The position numbers and the translations under genes are program-made. Below, in pieces: positions 1 to 11,171 of a stretch of 64,000 nucleotides of DNA. Source of the stretch: an uncultured Methanoregula sp. (GTDB lineage Archaea; Halobacteriota; Methanomicrobia; Methanomicrobiales; Methanospirillaceae); NCBI GenBank assembly GCA_964454995.1, contig CAYVTY010000001.1, forward strand, positions 38,033 through 102,032. The letters are read 5' to 3'. Each line of letters begins with the position of its first letter. Position 1 is the stretch's first letter. The notes under the pieces were generated by a model. It ran no database searches. It worked only from the letters and a program-made list of their open reading frames with translations, and had not been told where the DNA came from.

Positions 1-154
1 ACGGGACTTCCTCAAATGTCAGGCTGACCTGTTTTTCAGGTGCAGAGCCAATGAGCGATTTTAAAAATTTCAGCATCGGACACTCCGGAACTACCGAATC
101 ATGGGGTAGCAGATATCATGATCATTTGTTCATGAATAAAGAAAACGTTCTCGG

Positions 155-1437
<1,283 letters not shown>

Positions 1438-1487
1438 AATGTGATAATACAGATATGGAGAGGCGTAGTATAAGTTAGTTCATTGCC

Positions 1488-1811
1488 ATGTCGTACCTGA
1501 TCTATATCGGATTTTTTGGCGCGGCTGCCACGATCTTTCTCTGGCTGCGTGATGCGCGGATATTTTTTTTGACGGGTCTTTCTGGGTACCGTAAAGCAGC
1601 GTACTGGGGTGTACTGTACGGTGCCCTCGCTACGTTCGGCCTGCTCTGCACGATTGCAGGCGACATGTTCGAACTGCTGGGACTTGGCCTGATCCTCGCT
1701 GCACTGTACCTCCAGGGACGGATGACCCGCGAGAAGATCTGGACAGGAAGCGAGAGCACACTCGAACGGATGCTGGGCAGCGCAAAACGCCCTGTATCAA
1801 ACAAAAAATAA
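1488..1811 (+). CDS. Small membrane protein of unknown function (about 3 TM helices)
   Basis: 107-aa ORF with hydrophobic segments, divergent from larB and upstream of hisS. Confidence 0.7.
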   Translation: MSYLIYIGFFGAAATIFLWLRDARIFFLTGLSGYRKAAYWGVLYGALATFGLLCTIAGDMFELLGLGLILAALYLQGRMTREKIWTGSESTLERMLGSAKRPVSNKK

Positions 1812-1850
1812 TGGTTGAGGCAGGAAACACACAATAAGGATGTACCAGGC

Positions 1851-3083
1851 ATGATCCAGAAACCACGAGGCACACGGGATTTTCTTCCCGATGAGATGGA
1901 AGCGCGGCGCAGTACCGAAGCAAAGATGCGCGAGGCAGCGCGCCGCTGGGGATACCGGGAAGTATGTACACCTGAATTCGAAGACCTCGAACTCTTCACG
2001 CTCAGGTCGGGCGAGGGGATCATGCAGGAGATGTACGTCTTTGAGGATAAGGGGGGCAGGAAAATGGCCCTGCGCCCGGAGATCACGGCAGCCGTGATCC
2101 GGATGTATATCAACGAGGCAAGGGTCGCGCCAAAACCCCTGCGCTGGTGCTACTTTGCCGACTGCTTCCGGTACGAACGCCCGCAGAAAGGGCGGTACCG
2201 GCAGTTCTGGCAGTTCGGCGCGGAACTGATCGGGGCCGACACTGCGATTGCCGATGCAGAAGTGATCATGCTCGCCGCCGACGCGCTCAATGCAACCGGT
2301 GTCACGTGGGACCTCAAGGTAGGCCACCTCGCGTTCATGAAAAATCTCTTAAAAGACCTCGAACCTTCTGCCCAGCGCCGGGTGATGGCACACCTCGACA
2401 AGAAGGATTTCGAGGGGCTCAAGGCCACCCTTGCGGAGATAGGAAAAGCAGACCTCGGCGATTCACTGACAGCACTTGTGGAATGCCGCACTCTCCCGGA
2501 AGCATTCGAGATCGCCGGGACGATCCCGGAAAAAGAGCGCGTGGAGCAGATGACCGGCATCCTTGACGCAGTCGGTGTCAAGTATTCCCTCAACTTCGGG
2601 ATCGCACGGGGTCTCGACTACTATACCGGCATGGTCTTTGAAGGATTTGCGCACAACCTTGGCGCGGAAAACCAGATTGTCGGTGGCGGAGCATACCGGC
2701 TTGCGCACCTGTTCGGCGGCGATGATGTTGCTTCAGCGGGTTTTGCGATCGGTTTTGACCGGGTGATGGTCTCGCTTGGCGACGTGCAACCCAAAAAAGA
2801 TACCATCGTAGGGATCGTGTGCACAAACGAGGGGCGCAGCTTCGCGCTCTCCGTGGCCCGGGCATTCCGGGCCGAAGGGATCCGGGCGGAGATGGATCTC
2901 ATGGAGCGCGGGCTTGGGGCACAGATGGCACATGCGTCGAAGTCTGCGGACTTTGCGGTCGTGATCGGTGCACGGGAGGCCGGGGCCGGCCAGGTCACAC
3001 TCAAGGATCTTCACTCCGGCGAGCAGAAGACACTTGATCCGGCCGCGGCGATAGCCGAGGTGAAAGCGCATGGTGCTCGCTGA
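1851..3083 (+). CDS. hisS: Histidyl-tRNA synthetase
   Basis: KPRGTRDF, LRPEIT, FRYERPQKGRYRQFWQ, RGLDYYTG, GGGAY; ATG at 1851 preferred. Confidence 0.97.
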   Translation: MIQKPRGTRDFLPDEMEARRSTEAKMREAARRWGYREVCTPEFEDLELFTLRSGEGIMQEMYVFEDKGGRKMALRPEITAAVIRMYINEARVAPKPLRWCYFADCFRYERPQKGRYRQFWQFGAELIGADTAIADAEVIMLAADALNATGVTWDLKVGHLAFMKNLLKDLEPSAQRRVMAHLDKKDFEGLKATLAEIGKADLGDSLTALVECRTLPEAFEIAGTIPEKERVEQMTGILDAVGVKYSLNFGIARGLDYYTGMVFEGFAHNLGAENQIVGGGAYRLAHLFGGDDVASAGFAIGFDRVMVSLGDVQPKKDTIVGIVCTNEGRSFALSVARAFRAEGIRAEMDLMERGLGAQMAHASKSADFAVVIGAREAGAGQVTLKDLHSGEQKTLDPAAAIAEVKAHGAR

Positions 3084-4872
3084 GGAACTTGCAAAGCAGC
3101 AGCGCAGTATCAGTGTCGCGGAGTTTTTCGAGAAGAACAAACACCTGCTGGGATTTGACTCCCCGACCCGGGGCGTCATCACCACGATCAAGGAAGCAGT
3201 CGATAACGCACTCGACGCCTGCGAAGAAGCGCAGGTACTTCCCGACATCTACATCAGCATCAAAAAAACCGGCTCCGATATATTCCGGATCATTGTCGAG
3301 GACAACGGCCCGGGTATCGTCCCCGCGCAGGTCCCTTTTGTTTTCGGTAAACTCCTGTACGGCTCCCGTTTCCACCAGATCCGGCAGACCCGGGGCCAGC
3401 AGGGCATCGGGATCTCGGCTGCCGTGCTCTACGCGCAGCTGACAAGCGGCATCCCCACGGTCGTCATCTCGCGCACCGGGGCAAAGGAACTGGCGCACAA
3501 GTTCGAAATCTTAATAAAAATAGAGACAAACGAGCCCGACATCATCTCGCAGCAGCCCTTCGAGTGGGACCGGATCCACGGCACCCGGGTCCAGATCGAG
3601 TTCAAGAGCACGATGTCGGCGAAGAAGAAGCTGCTCGAATACCTCAAGTACACTTCAGTCGTAAATCCCCACGCGCGCTTCCGGGTGGAGCTGGACGACG
3701 AGTCGTTCACGTTCGAGCGGGTGAGCCAGGAAGTGATCGCGTGCCCGGTAGCGATCCAGCCCCACCCGCACGGGATCGAGTTCGGGCAGCTCAAGAGAAT
3801 GGCCGCAGCAAGCGATGAAAAACTGGTCGATTTTCTCGTGAACGGTTTCTCACGGGTCGGGAAAAAGACCGCGCAGGAGATGTGCGATATATCCGGCCTT
3901 AAGCAGACTGCAAAAGTAAAAGCGCTCTCTGCGGAGGAACAGAAAAACCTGCTCGCCGCGATGCAGTCTGTCGCCGTGCCCGCCCCGCCGACCACCCAGT
4001 GCCTCTCGCCCATTGGGGAAGACTTAATCCGGCGCGGGCTTGACAAGGAGTTCCAGATGGATTTTGTTGCGGCCCGCACGCGCCCGAGCTCGGTCTACTC
4101 AGGCCACCCGTTCGTGGTCGAGGCGGCGATAGGCTACGGTGGCCGACTTGCCCCTGAGGGTAATGCCACAATCCTCAGGTTTGCAAACCGGGTCCCGCTC
4201 ATGTACCAGCAGGGCGCCTGCGCGGTTACCGAGTGCGTTGCAAACGTCAACTGGAAGTTGTACAACATCTCCCAGCAGGGCCTTCCTCTGGGGCCGGTCC
4301 TGATCCTCGTCCACGTCGCGTCCACAAACGTGCCCTTCACGAGCGAGAGCAAGGATGCGATCGCGAACATCCCGGAGATCGAAAAGGAGATCGTGCTCGC
4401 CCTGCAGGAGCTCGGCCGGGAACTCAAGACGTTCCTCTCACGCCGGGACCGCAATAAGCTCGCTGAGGACCGGGCACGGGCGGTCTGCGCGGTTATCCCG
4501 GAGATCGCGGCAAAGGTGAGCGAGATCGTGGAAAAACCGGTCGTCGACACGACCCCCATAGAGGGGCGATTGATGCGCAAGCTGATCGCAAAGAAATGGA
4601 CCCGGGACGGGAAGGTCACGATCGAGGCGAACAACTACACCGGGAGCGATGTCGAGATCTCGGTCTACGATATCTCTGCGGACAACGCAGCCGATGCCGA
4701 TGTGCCACCCGCATTCTCGACCGAGATGGACGGGCAGGTCACGAAAGTCTGGAAGATGGAGATCAAAAAACAGACGGTCTGGCGTGTCTCGTATACCGGC
4801 AAGGGCGGCGGCATGCTCGATATCCGGGGAATAGAGGACAACAAGATGATGGTGGTGGATCTCGATGTCTAA
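3070..4872 (+). CDS. top6B: DNA topoisomerase VI subunit B
   Basis: ISVAEFFEKNKHLLGF, KEAVDNALDA, EDNGPGI, RGQQGIGIS (GHKL), RFANRVPL. Confidence 0.97.
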   Translation: MVLAEELAKQQRSISVAEFFEKNKHLLGFDSPTRGVITTIKEAVDNALDACEEAQVLPDIYISIKKTGSDIFRIIVEDNGPGIVPAQVPFVFGKLLYGSRFHQIRQTRGQQGIGISAAVLYAQLTSGIPTVVISRTGAKELAHKFEILIKIETNEPDIISQQPFEWDRIHGTRVQIEFKSTMSAKKKLLEYLKYTSVVNPHARFRVELDDESFTFERVSQEVIACPVAIQPHPHGIEFGQLKRMAAASDEKLVDFLVNGFSRVGKKTAQEMCDISGLKQTAKVKALSAEEQKNLLAAMQSVAVPAPPTTQCLSPIGEDLIRRGLDKEFQMDFVAARTRPSSVYSGHPFVVEAAIGYGGRLAPEGNATILRFANRVPLMYQQGACAVTECVANVNWKLYNISQQGLPLGPVLILVHVASTNVPFTSESKDAIANIPEIEKEIVLALQELGRELKTFLSRRDRNKLAEDRARAVCAVIPEIAAKVSEIVEKPVVDTTPIEGRLMRKLIAKKWTRDGKVTIEANNYTGSDVEISVYDISADNAADADVPPAFSTEMDGQVTKVWKMEIKKQTVWRVSYTGKGGGMLDIRGIEDNKMMVVDLDV

Positions 4873-5953
4873 AGAGGAACTCGATGCACGGTCGATGAAG
4901 GCGCTCATGGCAATCGCGTCTGCCTGGTACGACCAGATGAAGGCCGGGGATATCCCCTCTATCTCGCTTCCCACCCGGACAAAATACAACATTGAATACG
5001 ACGATGCAAGCGAGGTCTGGAAGTACGGGGACAAGGAGAGCCTGCGCACCGCAGCGACCGCAAAGAGCGCGACGCACCTGTTGAAGATGGCCTACGTGAT
5101 CGGTTTTGTCAAGCAGCAGCTCATCGAGAACCGGTCCTCAACACTCAGGGAAATGTATTACATCTCTGAGGGCTGGAAACGGGCGAAGTTCGGCGCGCAG
5201 GACGAGAGCAACTTCCTTGTCGAAGATCTCGAGATCATCTCCGATGTTCCGCGCGAAGGCTTCCATCTCCGGCCCGAAGAAAACGGTGCAAGCATCTACG
5301 GCCCGATGCGGATCCGGGAGCCGACGAGACGCGGCCTCAAGCTGATCCACTGCCAGGACGATGTTGGATCGGCCGGGTATTCCATCCCGAACAATGTTGA
5401 GAACCTTGAGCTTGTCGATCACGATGCGAAATTTGTCATCGCCATGGAAACGGGCGGTATGTATGACCGGCTGATCGAGAACGGGTTTGACGAGGAGCAC
5501 AACGCGATCCTCCTCCACCTCAAGGGACAGCCGGCCCGGTCGACACGCAGGCTGCTCAACCGGATAAGCCAGACCTGGAACCTGCCGATCCTCGTCTTTA
5601 CCGATGGCGACCCGTGGTCGTACCGGATCTACGCGTCCGTTGCATACGGTGCGATCAAGAGTGCGCATATGTCAGAACTGCTTGCGACGCCAAAGGCGCA
5701 GTTCCTCGGGTTGCAGCCCAGCGATATCCGGGACTACAACCTGCCATCCGATAAGTTGTCGGATAAGGATGTTGAAGCATTAAATGCTGAACTGACCGAT
5801 CCCCGGTTTGCGACTGAGTACTGGAGAAAGCAGATCAATTTGCAGCTCGAACTGGGGCTCAAGTCAGAACAGCAGGCGTTTGCGGCTCGGGGGCTCGACT
5901 TTGTCACGAAGAAGTATTTACCGGCCCGGTTATCCGAGATGGGTGTGATCTAG
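4865..5953 (+). CDS. top6A: DNA topoisomerase VI subunit A
   Basis: STLREMYY (catalytic Tyr), ETGGM, KGQP, DGDP Toprim motif; overlaps top6B. Confidence 0.97.
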   Translation: MSKEELDARSMKALMAIASAWYDQMKAGDIPSISLPTRTKYNIEYDDASEVWKYGDKESLRTAATAKSATHLLKMAYVIGFVKQQLIENRSSTLREMYYISEGWKRAKFGAQDESNFLVEDLEIISDVPREGFHLRPEENGASIYGPMRIREPTRRGLKLIHCQDDVGSAGYSIPNNVENLELVDHDAKFVIAMETGGMYDRLIENGFDEEHNAILLHLKGQPARSTRRLLNRISQTWNLPILVFTDGDPWSYRIYASVAYGAIKSAHMSELLATPKAQFLGLQPSDIRDYNLPSDKLSDKDVEALNAELTDPRFATEYWRKQINLQLELGLKSEQQAFAARGLDFVTKKYLPARLSEMGVI

Positions 5954-5960
5954 GAGTCTC

Positions 5961-7370
5961 ATGAGCATTGGTGTGTGCTACCCGGATAAATATGCCGTTG
6001 AGGAGACGTTCCAGCTCTTCACGGTGCCGTGGGAGTGGTACGAGACGGGACGACAGTACGATGTAGTGATCGCCCGCAAGATGGATGTACCTGGTTGGAC
6101 CGGTAATCTCATCGATCTTACATCCAATGATTTTTTCAAAAAAATAGGAAACCTGCTCAATACCGGGCATCCGCACCTGCATGAACCACTGTGCGATATC
6201 CTGCTCGATACGCTCCGGCAGGAACTGATACAATATACGATACTCGTGGAGATCCCGCCCACCCCGTGGGGGCATCCCTACATGGTGGCCCTGACACATG
6301 ACGTGGATGTCACTTCAGTCAGGGAATGCAGACCAGTCACCGTGGGATATGCGGCATTCCGGTGCATCACGCACGGAGAGATTTGTGCAGGAGTCCGGCT
6401 GGCCCTCTCCCGTATCGGGATCGGAAACGATCCCTGGGTTCTCTTTGGCCGCTGGAAAACTTTTGAGGATCAGCTTGGTGTGCGCTCGACGTTCTTCTTT
6501 GTGCCAAAGAACAACGACATGGGCATGCGGGCGCATCCGTACCGGGCATGCGGGTATGACATAAAGGAAAAACAGGATGTCATGCACGACCTTATGCAGG
6601 GCGGTTGGGAAACGGGCGTCCACGGCATCGATAACTGGGCGGATGCCAAACGCGGAAAAGAAGAGTTGGCAGAATTTGGGATTGAGGGTAAGACACCCGG
6701 CAACCGGACGCATTGGCTTCTCTTTGACAAAAACAGCTGGAAAACTCTGGACGAGGCAGGATATTCCTATGACACGACATTCGGGTACAATGATGACGTC
6801 GGGTTCCGTGCCGGGACTACACAGGTGTACAGACCGCGTGGCGTACAGAATCTGCTGGAGCTCCCACTTCACATCCAGGACCTCGGGCTCTTTGGGAAAT
6901 TCTGCTGGGCACCCACCGACAGCGGCTGGATAAAAACACCGTGCCTGCATCTCGATGAACCGGCGGCATATGCGTACTGCAACCGCATTTTCGATTACGC
7001 CCGTAAATATGGAGGGGCGGTAACGGTACTCTGGCACTACGAGAACCTGACGCCGCCCCGGGACTGGTCCGGGTTATACGCGGACCTGGTGAAGCGGGCA
7101 AAAGCAGACGGGGCGTGGGTGACGACTGCGGGTGCGGTGGTGGAGTGGTTCAGGACGAGGAGATTGGTGAGAGTAACCTGTAAAAATGAGAGAGACGGGC
7201 TCACTATCTCTACTGATGGCGTTCTCCCTGCTGATTCTTTACCTCAGTTAACCTTGAGACTACACAATCCCGATAATCGACAAATCATCGTAAATGCGGA
7301 ATCGCACTCAGGAAAAGACTATATTGACATTAAACTGAACAAGAAAACAATTACGGTATTATTCTCATGA
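5961..7370 (+). CDS. Polysaccharide deacetylase (CE4/NodB-like) family protein
   Basis: LTHDVD, GVHG, RTHWL, YDTT, GFRAGT, LELPLHIQD and LWH motifs. Confidence 0.8.
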   Translation: MSIGVCYPDKYAVEETFQLFTVPWEWYETGRQYDVVIARKMDVPGWTGNLIDLTSNDFFKKIGNLLNTGHPHLHEPLCDILLDTLRQELIQYTILVEIPPTPWGHPYMVALTHDVDVTSVRECRPVTVGYAAFRCITHGEICAGVRLALSRIGIGNDPWVLFGRWKTFEDQLGVRSTFFFVPKNNDMGMRAHPYRACGYDIKEKQDVMHDLMQGGWETGVHGIDNWADAKRGKEELAEFGIEGKTPGNRTHWLLFDKNSWKTLDEAGYSYDTTFGYNDDVGFRAGTTQVYRPRGVQNLLELPLHIQDLGLFGKFCWAPTDSGWIKTPCLHLDEPAAYAYCNRIFDYARKYGGAVTVLWHYENLTPPRDWSGLYADLVKRAKADGAWVTTAGAVVEWFRTRRLVRVTCKNERDGLTISTDGVLPADSLPQLTLRLHNPDNRQIIVNAESHSGKDYIDIKLNKKTITVLFS

Positions 7371-8068
7371 TCCTGCAAAAAATTTTCCTGAAACTGAAAA
7401 GTCCAGCAGTGGCGGATTCCTGGTTCATGCATACATCCGCAATGCAATATTCTATGAAAGTCTGCCTGACATTTTTTAATTACCTTGTCCCTAAAACCCG
7501 CCTCTGCCAACGGGTAAAGGTGGGTACACTGGGTAAAGGAAATGAGATCCACCCGACTGCAATAATTGACTATGAGCGGGTAATCATAGGTAATTTCTGT
7601 ACTATTGAAAAAAAGGTGGTAATTGAAAAAAATACTATTATCGGGAACAATGTAAGCATAGGAAACGGTGCAGTTATCGGATCCGAAGGGTTTGAATTAC
7701 GGAAGATTGCCGGGGAAATCATACCGGTCGTCCACCTTGGCGGAGTTATCATCCACGACAACGTACATATCGACGCCCGTGTATGTATCGATAAAAGCTC
7801 ACTTGGAGAATATACGGAAATTGGAGAATCATCGGTCATTATGGCCGGTGTCGAAGTAGGACATGGAATAAAAATTGGACAAAAGGTAACCATATCTGAA
7901 GGATCCATGATCGGGGGATATGCAAAGATTGGAGATCACGTGAAGATTGGCAAACGCTGCTCTATAGCAGATGGCATATCTCTGGGTGAAGGCGTGGTTA
8001 TACCGGATTATTCTGTGGTGACCCGTGAGGTAAAGGGACATTCAGGAGAGATTCCCAAAGGTTCCTGA
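7367..8068 (+). CDS. LpxD-like left-handed beta-helix acyltransferase, copy 1 (catalytic His kept, N-domain short)
   Basis: Hexapeptide repeats; IHPTAII, IGSEGF, HLGGVII, CIDKS, EVGHG. Confidence 0.8.
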   Translation: MILQKIFLKLKSPAVADSWFMHTSAMQYSMKVCLTFFNYLVPKTRLCQRVKVGTLGKGNEIHPTAIIDYERVIIGNFCTIEKKVVIEKNTIIGNNVSIGNGAVIGSEGFELRKIAGEIIPVVHLGGVIIHDNVHIDARVCIDKSSLGEYTEIGESSVIMAGVEVGHGIKIGQKVTISEGSMIGGYAKIGDHVKIGKRCSIADGISLGEGVVIPDYSVVTREVKGHSGEIPKGS

Positions 8069-8113
8069 TTGCGGATTACATTTCCGGAGTGCAAAGATTT
8101 TCAGAGGATCTTT

Positions 8114-8992
8114 ATGAGATTATCAGAATTCCTGTCGGAAAAAACGGAAATTGCCCGGGACGGTAATTTTTCTTCAATGGGGACATTGTTCTCACACAAC
8201 CCACAACAGATCGTATATGCCGTTCGGGAAACAGATGTTAAAAAAATTATTGACAATTCCTCAATTTCCTGTGTAATTACAACGCCATCTCTGGTCTCCA
8301 GGTTTCCAGACCATATGGGTGTTGCGTTGGCTCAGGATCCCTCCTCTTCATTTTATGCACTCCAGTCTTTGCTAAGCCAGTATCCGGAATTTGTGCTTCC
8401 GCCGTTCGCCAACCGGATTTCATCATCTGCAAAAATTCATTCGAGCGCAGTTATTTCCGGGAGTGGCGTATCTATCGGAAGAGACGTGGTTATCGAAAAA
8501 AATGTTGTTATCCATGAGCAGAGTATAATAGAAGAAGGATCTGTTGTCAGATCGAACAGCATCATAGGAAGCTCCCCTTTAATTCCGGGTAGTGCGATAA
8601 ACTGTAGTGTGGTTCAACCTTCCGGGGGAGTATATCTCCACCGTGAGGTGGATATTCATGCAAATACACAACTCTGTCGTGCAATCTTCAAAGGGTATAC
8701 AGAGATTGGTGAACAGACAAAAATCGATAACCTTGATACGGTAGGACAAGGGACGTCAATCGGGAAACGATGTCTGATCTGTGCCGGAGTAACGATAGGT
8801 GAAGCCGTGATAATCGGGGATGATGCGTGGATTGGCCCGAATGCAACTCTTGAAAATCAGATCCGGGTCGGGAACAACGTCTACATCACACTTGGCTCCA
8901 AGGTTCTCCACGATATTGATGACGATAAAGTCGTGAAAGATAATTATTCAATAGACAGGAAACGGTTCAAGAAAGTCATACGAGGCATGTGA
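8114..8992 (+). CDS. LpxD-like left-handed beta-helix acyltransferase, copy 2 (N-domain present, His replaced by Gln)
   Basis: LpxD-type N-domain ending DPSSSF, IHSSAVI, GGVYL, TKIDNL, hexapeptide repeats; ATG 8114 after GAGGA. Confidence 0.8.
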   Translation: MRLSEFLSEKTEIARDGNFSSMGTLFSHNPQQIVYAVRETDVKKIIDNSSISCVITTPSLVSRFPDHMGVALAQDPSSSFYALQSLLSQYPEFVLPPFANRISSSAKIHSSAVISGSGVSIGRDVVIEKNVVIHEQSIIEEGSVVRSNSIIGSSPLIPGSAINCSVVQPSGGVYLHREVDIHANTQLCRAIFKGYTEIGEQTKIDNLDTVGQGTSIGKRCLICAGVTIGEAVIIGDDAWIGPNATLENQIRVGNNVYITLGSKVLHDIDDDKVVKDNYSIDRKRFKKVIRGM

Positions 8993-9063
8993 CACGCATG
9001 ATACATTCAGATTAAAATGAACGACATCGCTGTTACCCAAACCCAAGACTGTGAGGTTAACCT

Positions 9064-9432
9064 ATGCAGGATATAGGCATTGGCACAGATATAGAAGACG
9101 TCAGACGTTTTGAAAATCTCCGAGATCCTGCATTTGCCGCATTTCTCAAAAAAAATTTCACCCAGACAGAGCTGGATTACTGTCTCTCAAAAGATTCCCC
9201 TGCTTCACATCTTGCTGCACGCTATGCAGGAAAAGAAGCCGTTATCAAAGCCCTTTCAAGTCTGAACATTACCCACATTTTCTACCCGGTTATCGAGATC
9301 GTAAACAACGAGCGGGGTGTCCCCTGCGTCAGGATTAATACCGAGTACAACGAAAAACTACACATAAAACTCAGTTTATCGCACAGTTCCGGAATGGCGC
9401 TGGCATTTTGCATTATTATACAAGAGGCGTGA
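9064..9432 (+). CDS. acpS: Holo-ACP synthase (4'-phosphopantetheinyl transferase)
   Basis: GIGTDIE, FTQTELDYC, AARYAGKEAVIKAL, LSLSHS; GAGGT SD upstream. Confidence 0.92.
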   Translation: MQDIGIGTDIEDVRRFENLRDPAFAAFLKKNFTQTELDYCLSKDSPASHLAARYAGKEAVIKALSSLNITHIFYPVIEIVNNERGVPCVRINTEYNEKLHIKLSLSHSSGMALAFCIIIQEA

Positions 9433-9433
9433 C

Positions 9434-9673
9434 ATGGCATCATTCGATGAGAATACAATAAAAAATATTTTTTGTGAAGTTCTCGGAATACCGGCTGAAG
9501 AAGTTACCGATACGCTGGCATATAACTCCTGCGTGCAGTGGGATTCCTTAAAACATCTCCAGATGGTGGCCATGTTTGAAGAGAAATTTGATATTGAGAT
9601 TGATATGGATGATATCATTGCAATGGAAAATTACGGAAAAGTAAAGGAAATTCTCCATAAATATCTCACTTAA
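9434..9673 (+). CDS. Acyl carrier protein
   Basis: 79-aa acidic protein with WDSLKH phosphopantetheine attachment site and EEKFDIEI. Confidence 0.9.
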   Translation: MASFDENTIKNIFCEVLGIPAEEVTDTLAYNSCVQWDSLKHLQMVAMFEEKFDIEIDMDDIIAMENYGKVKEILHKYLT

Positions 9674-9679
9674 CCAGTT

Positions 9680-11164
9680 ATGAATTTCGTCGATTATCTC
9701 TTTGAACAGTATCGGGATCCCTCAAAAGAGTGTATCTTGTCCCGGGACGGCATTCTCACGTACCGGGATCTGATGTCCAGGGTTGATGATCTCGCAGCGT
9801 ATCTTACCACCACACTTGGAAGAGGAAACGAGTGCCTTCTGCTCTCGGAAAATACCCCTTTTTTTGTAATAGCCTACCTTGCGATCATAAAGAGCGGAAA
9901 TACGGCATTGCTGGTCGAGACCCGGATAGCAGACGACCAGCTGGCCACCATCTTTCGCGAATGCCATATTCAGGTATCATTGGTCCAGAAAAAATACCGG
10001 TCAAAGATCACAGACAACGGGAGTGTGTTTACCGAAGATATCCTCCTGGAGCTTTCGCACACAGGCCGGTATGTAAGCCCGCCCGTGGAGGACAACGATG
10101 TCGCAGTCGTGATCTTCACCTCCGGAAGTACCGGCGCAAAGAAAGGCGTCATGCTTACGCACAGGAACTTATGCGCCAACACGGAATCGATCGTGCAGTA
10201 TCTTGGCCTGACAGCGCAGGACCGCATCTGTGCCACACTCCCGTTCTTTTACTGTTATGGAGCGTCCCTGTTGCACACCCACCTACGGGCCGGTGGCAGC
10301 GTTCTGCTATCCAATAATATTTTCCTTGGCGGAGTCATCAGGGATATCAATGCATTCTCCTGCACCGGGTTTGCCGGTGTCCCAAGCACCTACCAGATCC
10401 TGATAAACAAGACCCCGTTTTTAAAAGAGAAACTCCCGACGCTCAGGTATATGCAGCAGGCCGGTGGACAGCTGCCAAACAAGTACATCCGCTTGATTGT
10501 CGAAGCATTCCCGGAAAAGAAGTTCGTTGTGATGTACGGTGCAACAGAAGCCACAGCCAGGATGTCATATCTTCCCCCGCATCAGGTGCTCTCCAAGCTC
10601 GGCTCGATCGGAAAGGGCATTCCGGGCGTCACGCTCGAAGTGCTTGACGAGAACGGGAAGCCGGTACAACCCGGGGAAACGGGCGAGATCACCGCACGTG
10701 GCGACAATATCATGAAGGGATATTATGGGGACCCGGAAGGGACACGAAGCATCATAAAAAACGGCCGGCTCTGGACCGGGGATCTTGCCACGGTGGATGA
10801 CGACGGGTATATCTATATTGTTGGGCGGGCAAAGAACATCATTAAATCGGGAGGGTACCGCATCTCTCCGAACGAGATCGAGGAATTTATCTGTTCCCTT
10901 GACGGGGTTACGGGCTGCGTGGTGCTCGGGCTTCCTGATGAGATCATGGGCGAAGCGATAGTGGCCGTTGTCCAGCCGGGTGATGTCCCGGAAACGGCAC
11001 TCAAAGAAGAGATCCTCACGCGGTGCACGCAGCACCTGCCTTCCTACAAGATCCCGACTGCCCTGTATTTTGTCCGGGAGTTCCCGCTCAACGCATCCAA
11101 TAAAGTGGACAGGCCGGCGATTATGGCCTCCATTGGAACCACGTGGGGAAAAAAGACGGAGTAA
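9680..11164 (+). CDS. Adenylate-forming acyl-CoA/acyl-ACP ligase (ANL superfamily)
   Basis: FTSGSTGAKKGV, MYGATE, TGDL, GRAKNIIKSGGYRISP, NKVDR. Confidence 0.93.
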   Translation: MNFVDYLFEQYRDPSKECILSRDGILTYRDLMSRVDDLAAYLTTTLGRGNECLLLSENTPFFVIAYLAIIKSGNTALLVETRIADDQLATIFRECHIQVSLVQKKYRSKITDNGSVFTEDILLELSHTGRYVSPPVEDNDVAVVIFTSGSTGAKKGVMLTHRNLCANTESIVQYLGLTAQDRICATLPFFYCYGASLLHTHLRAGGSVLLSNNIFLGGVIRDINAFSCTGFAGVPSTYQILINKTPFLKEKLPTLRYMQQAGGQLPNKYIRLIVEAFPEKKFVVMYGATEATARMSYLPPHQVLSKLGSIGKGIPGVTLEVLDENGKPVQPGETGEITARGDNIMKGYYGDPEGTRSIIKNGRLWTGDLATVDDDGYIYIVGRAKNIIKSGGYRISPNEIEEFICSLDGVTGCVVLGLPDEIMGEAIVAVVQPGDVPETALKEEILTRCTQHLPSYKIPTALYFVREFPLNASNKVDRPAIMASIGTTWGKKTE

Positions 11165-11171
11165 TACAGTA

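Noticed and set aside
7367-8992. Lipid A biosynthesis
   Set aside because: No lpxA/C/H/B/K or kdtA in the window and the host is archaeal; only the fold and acyl-ACP logic are shared.
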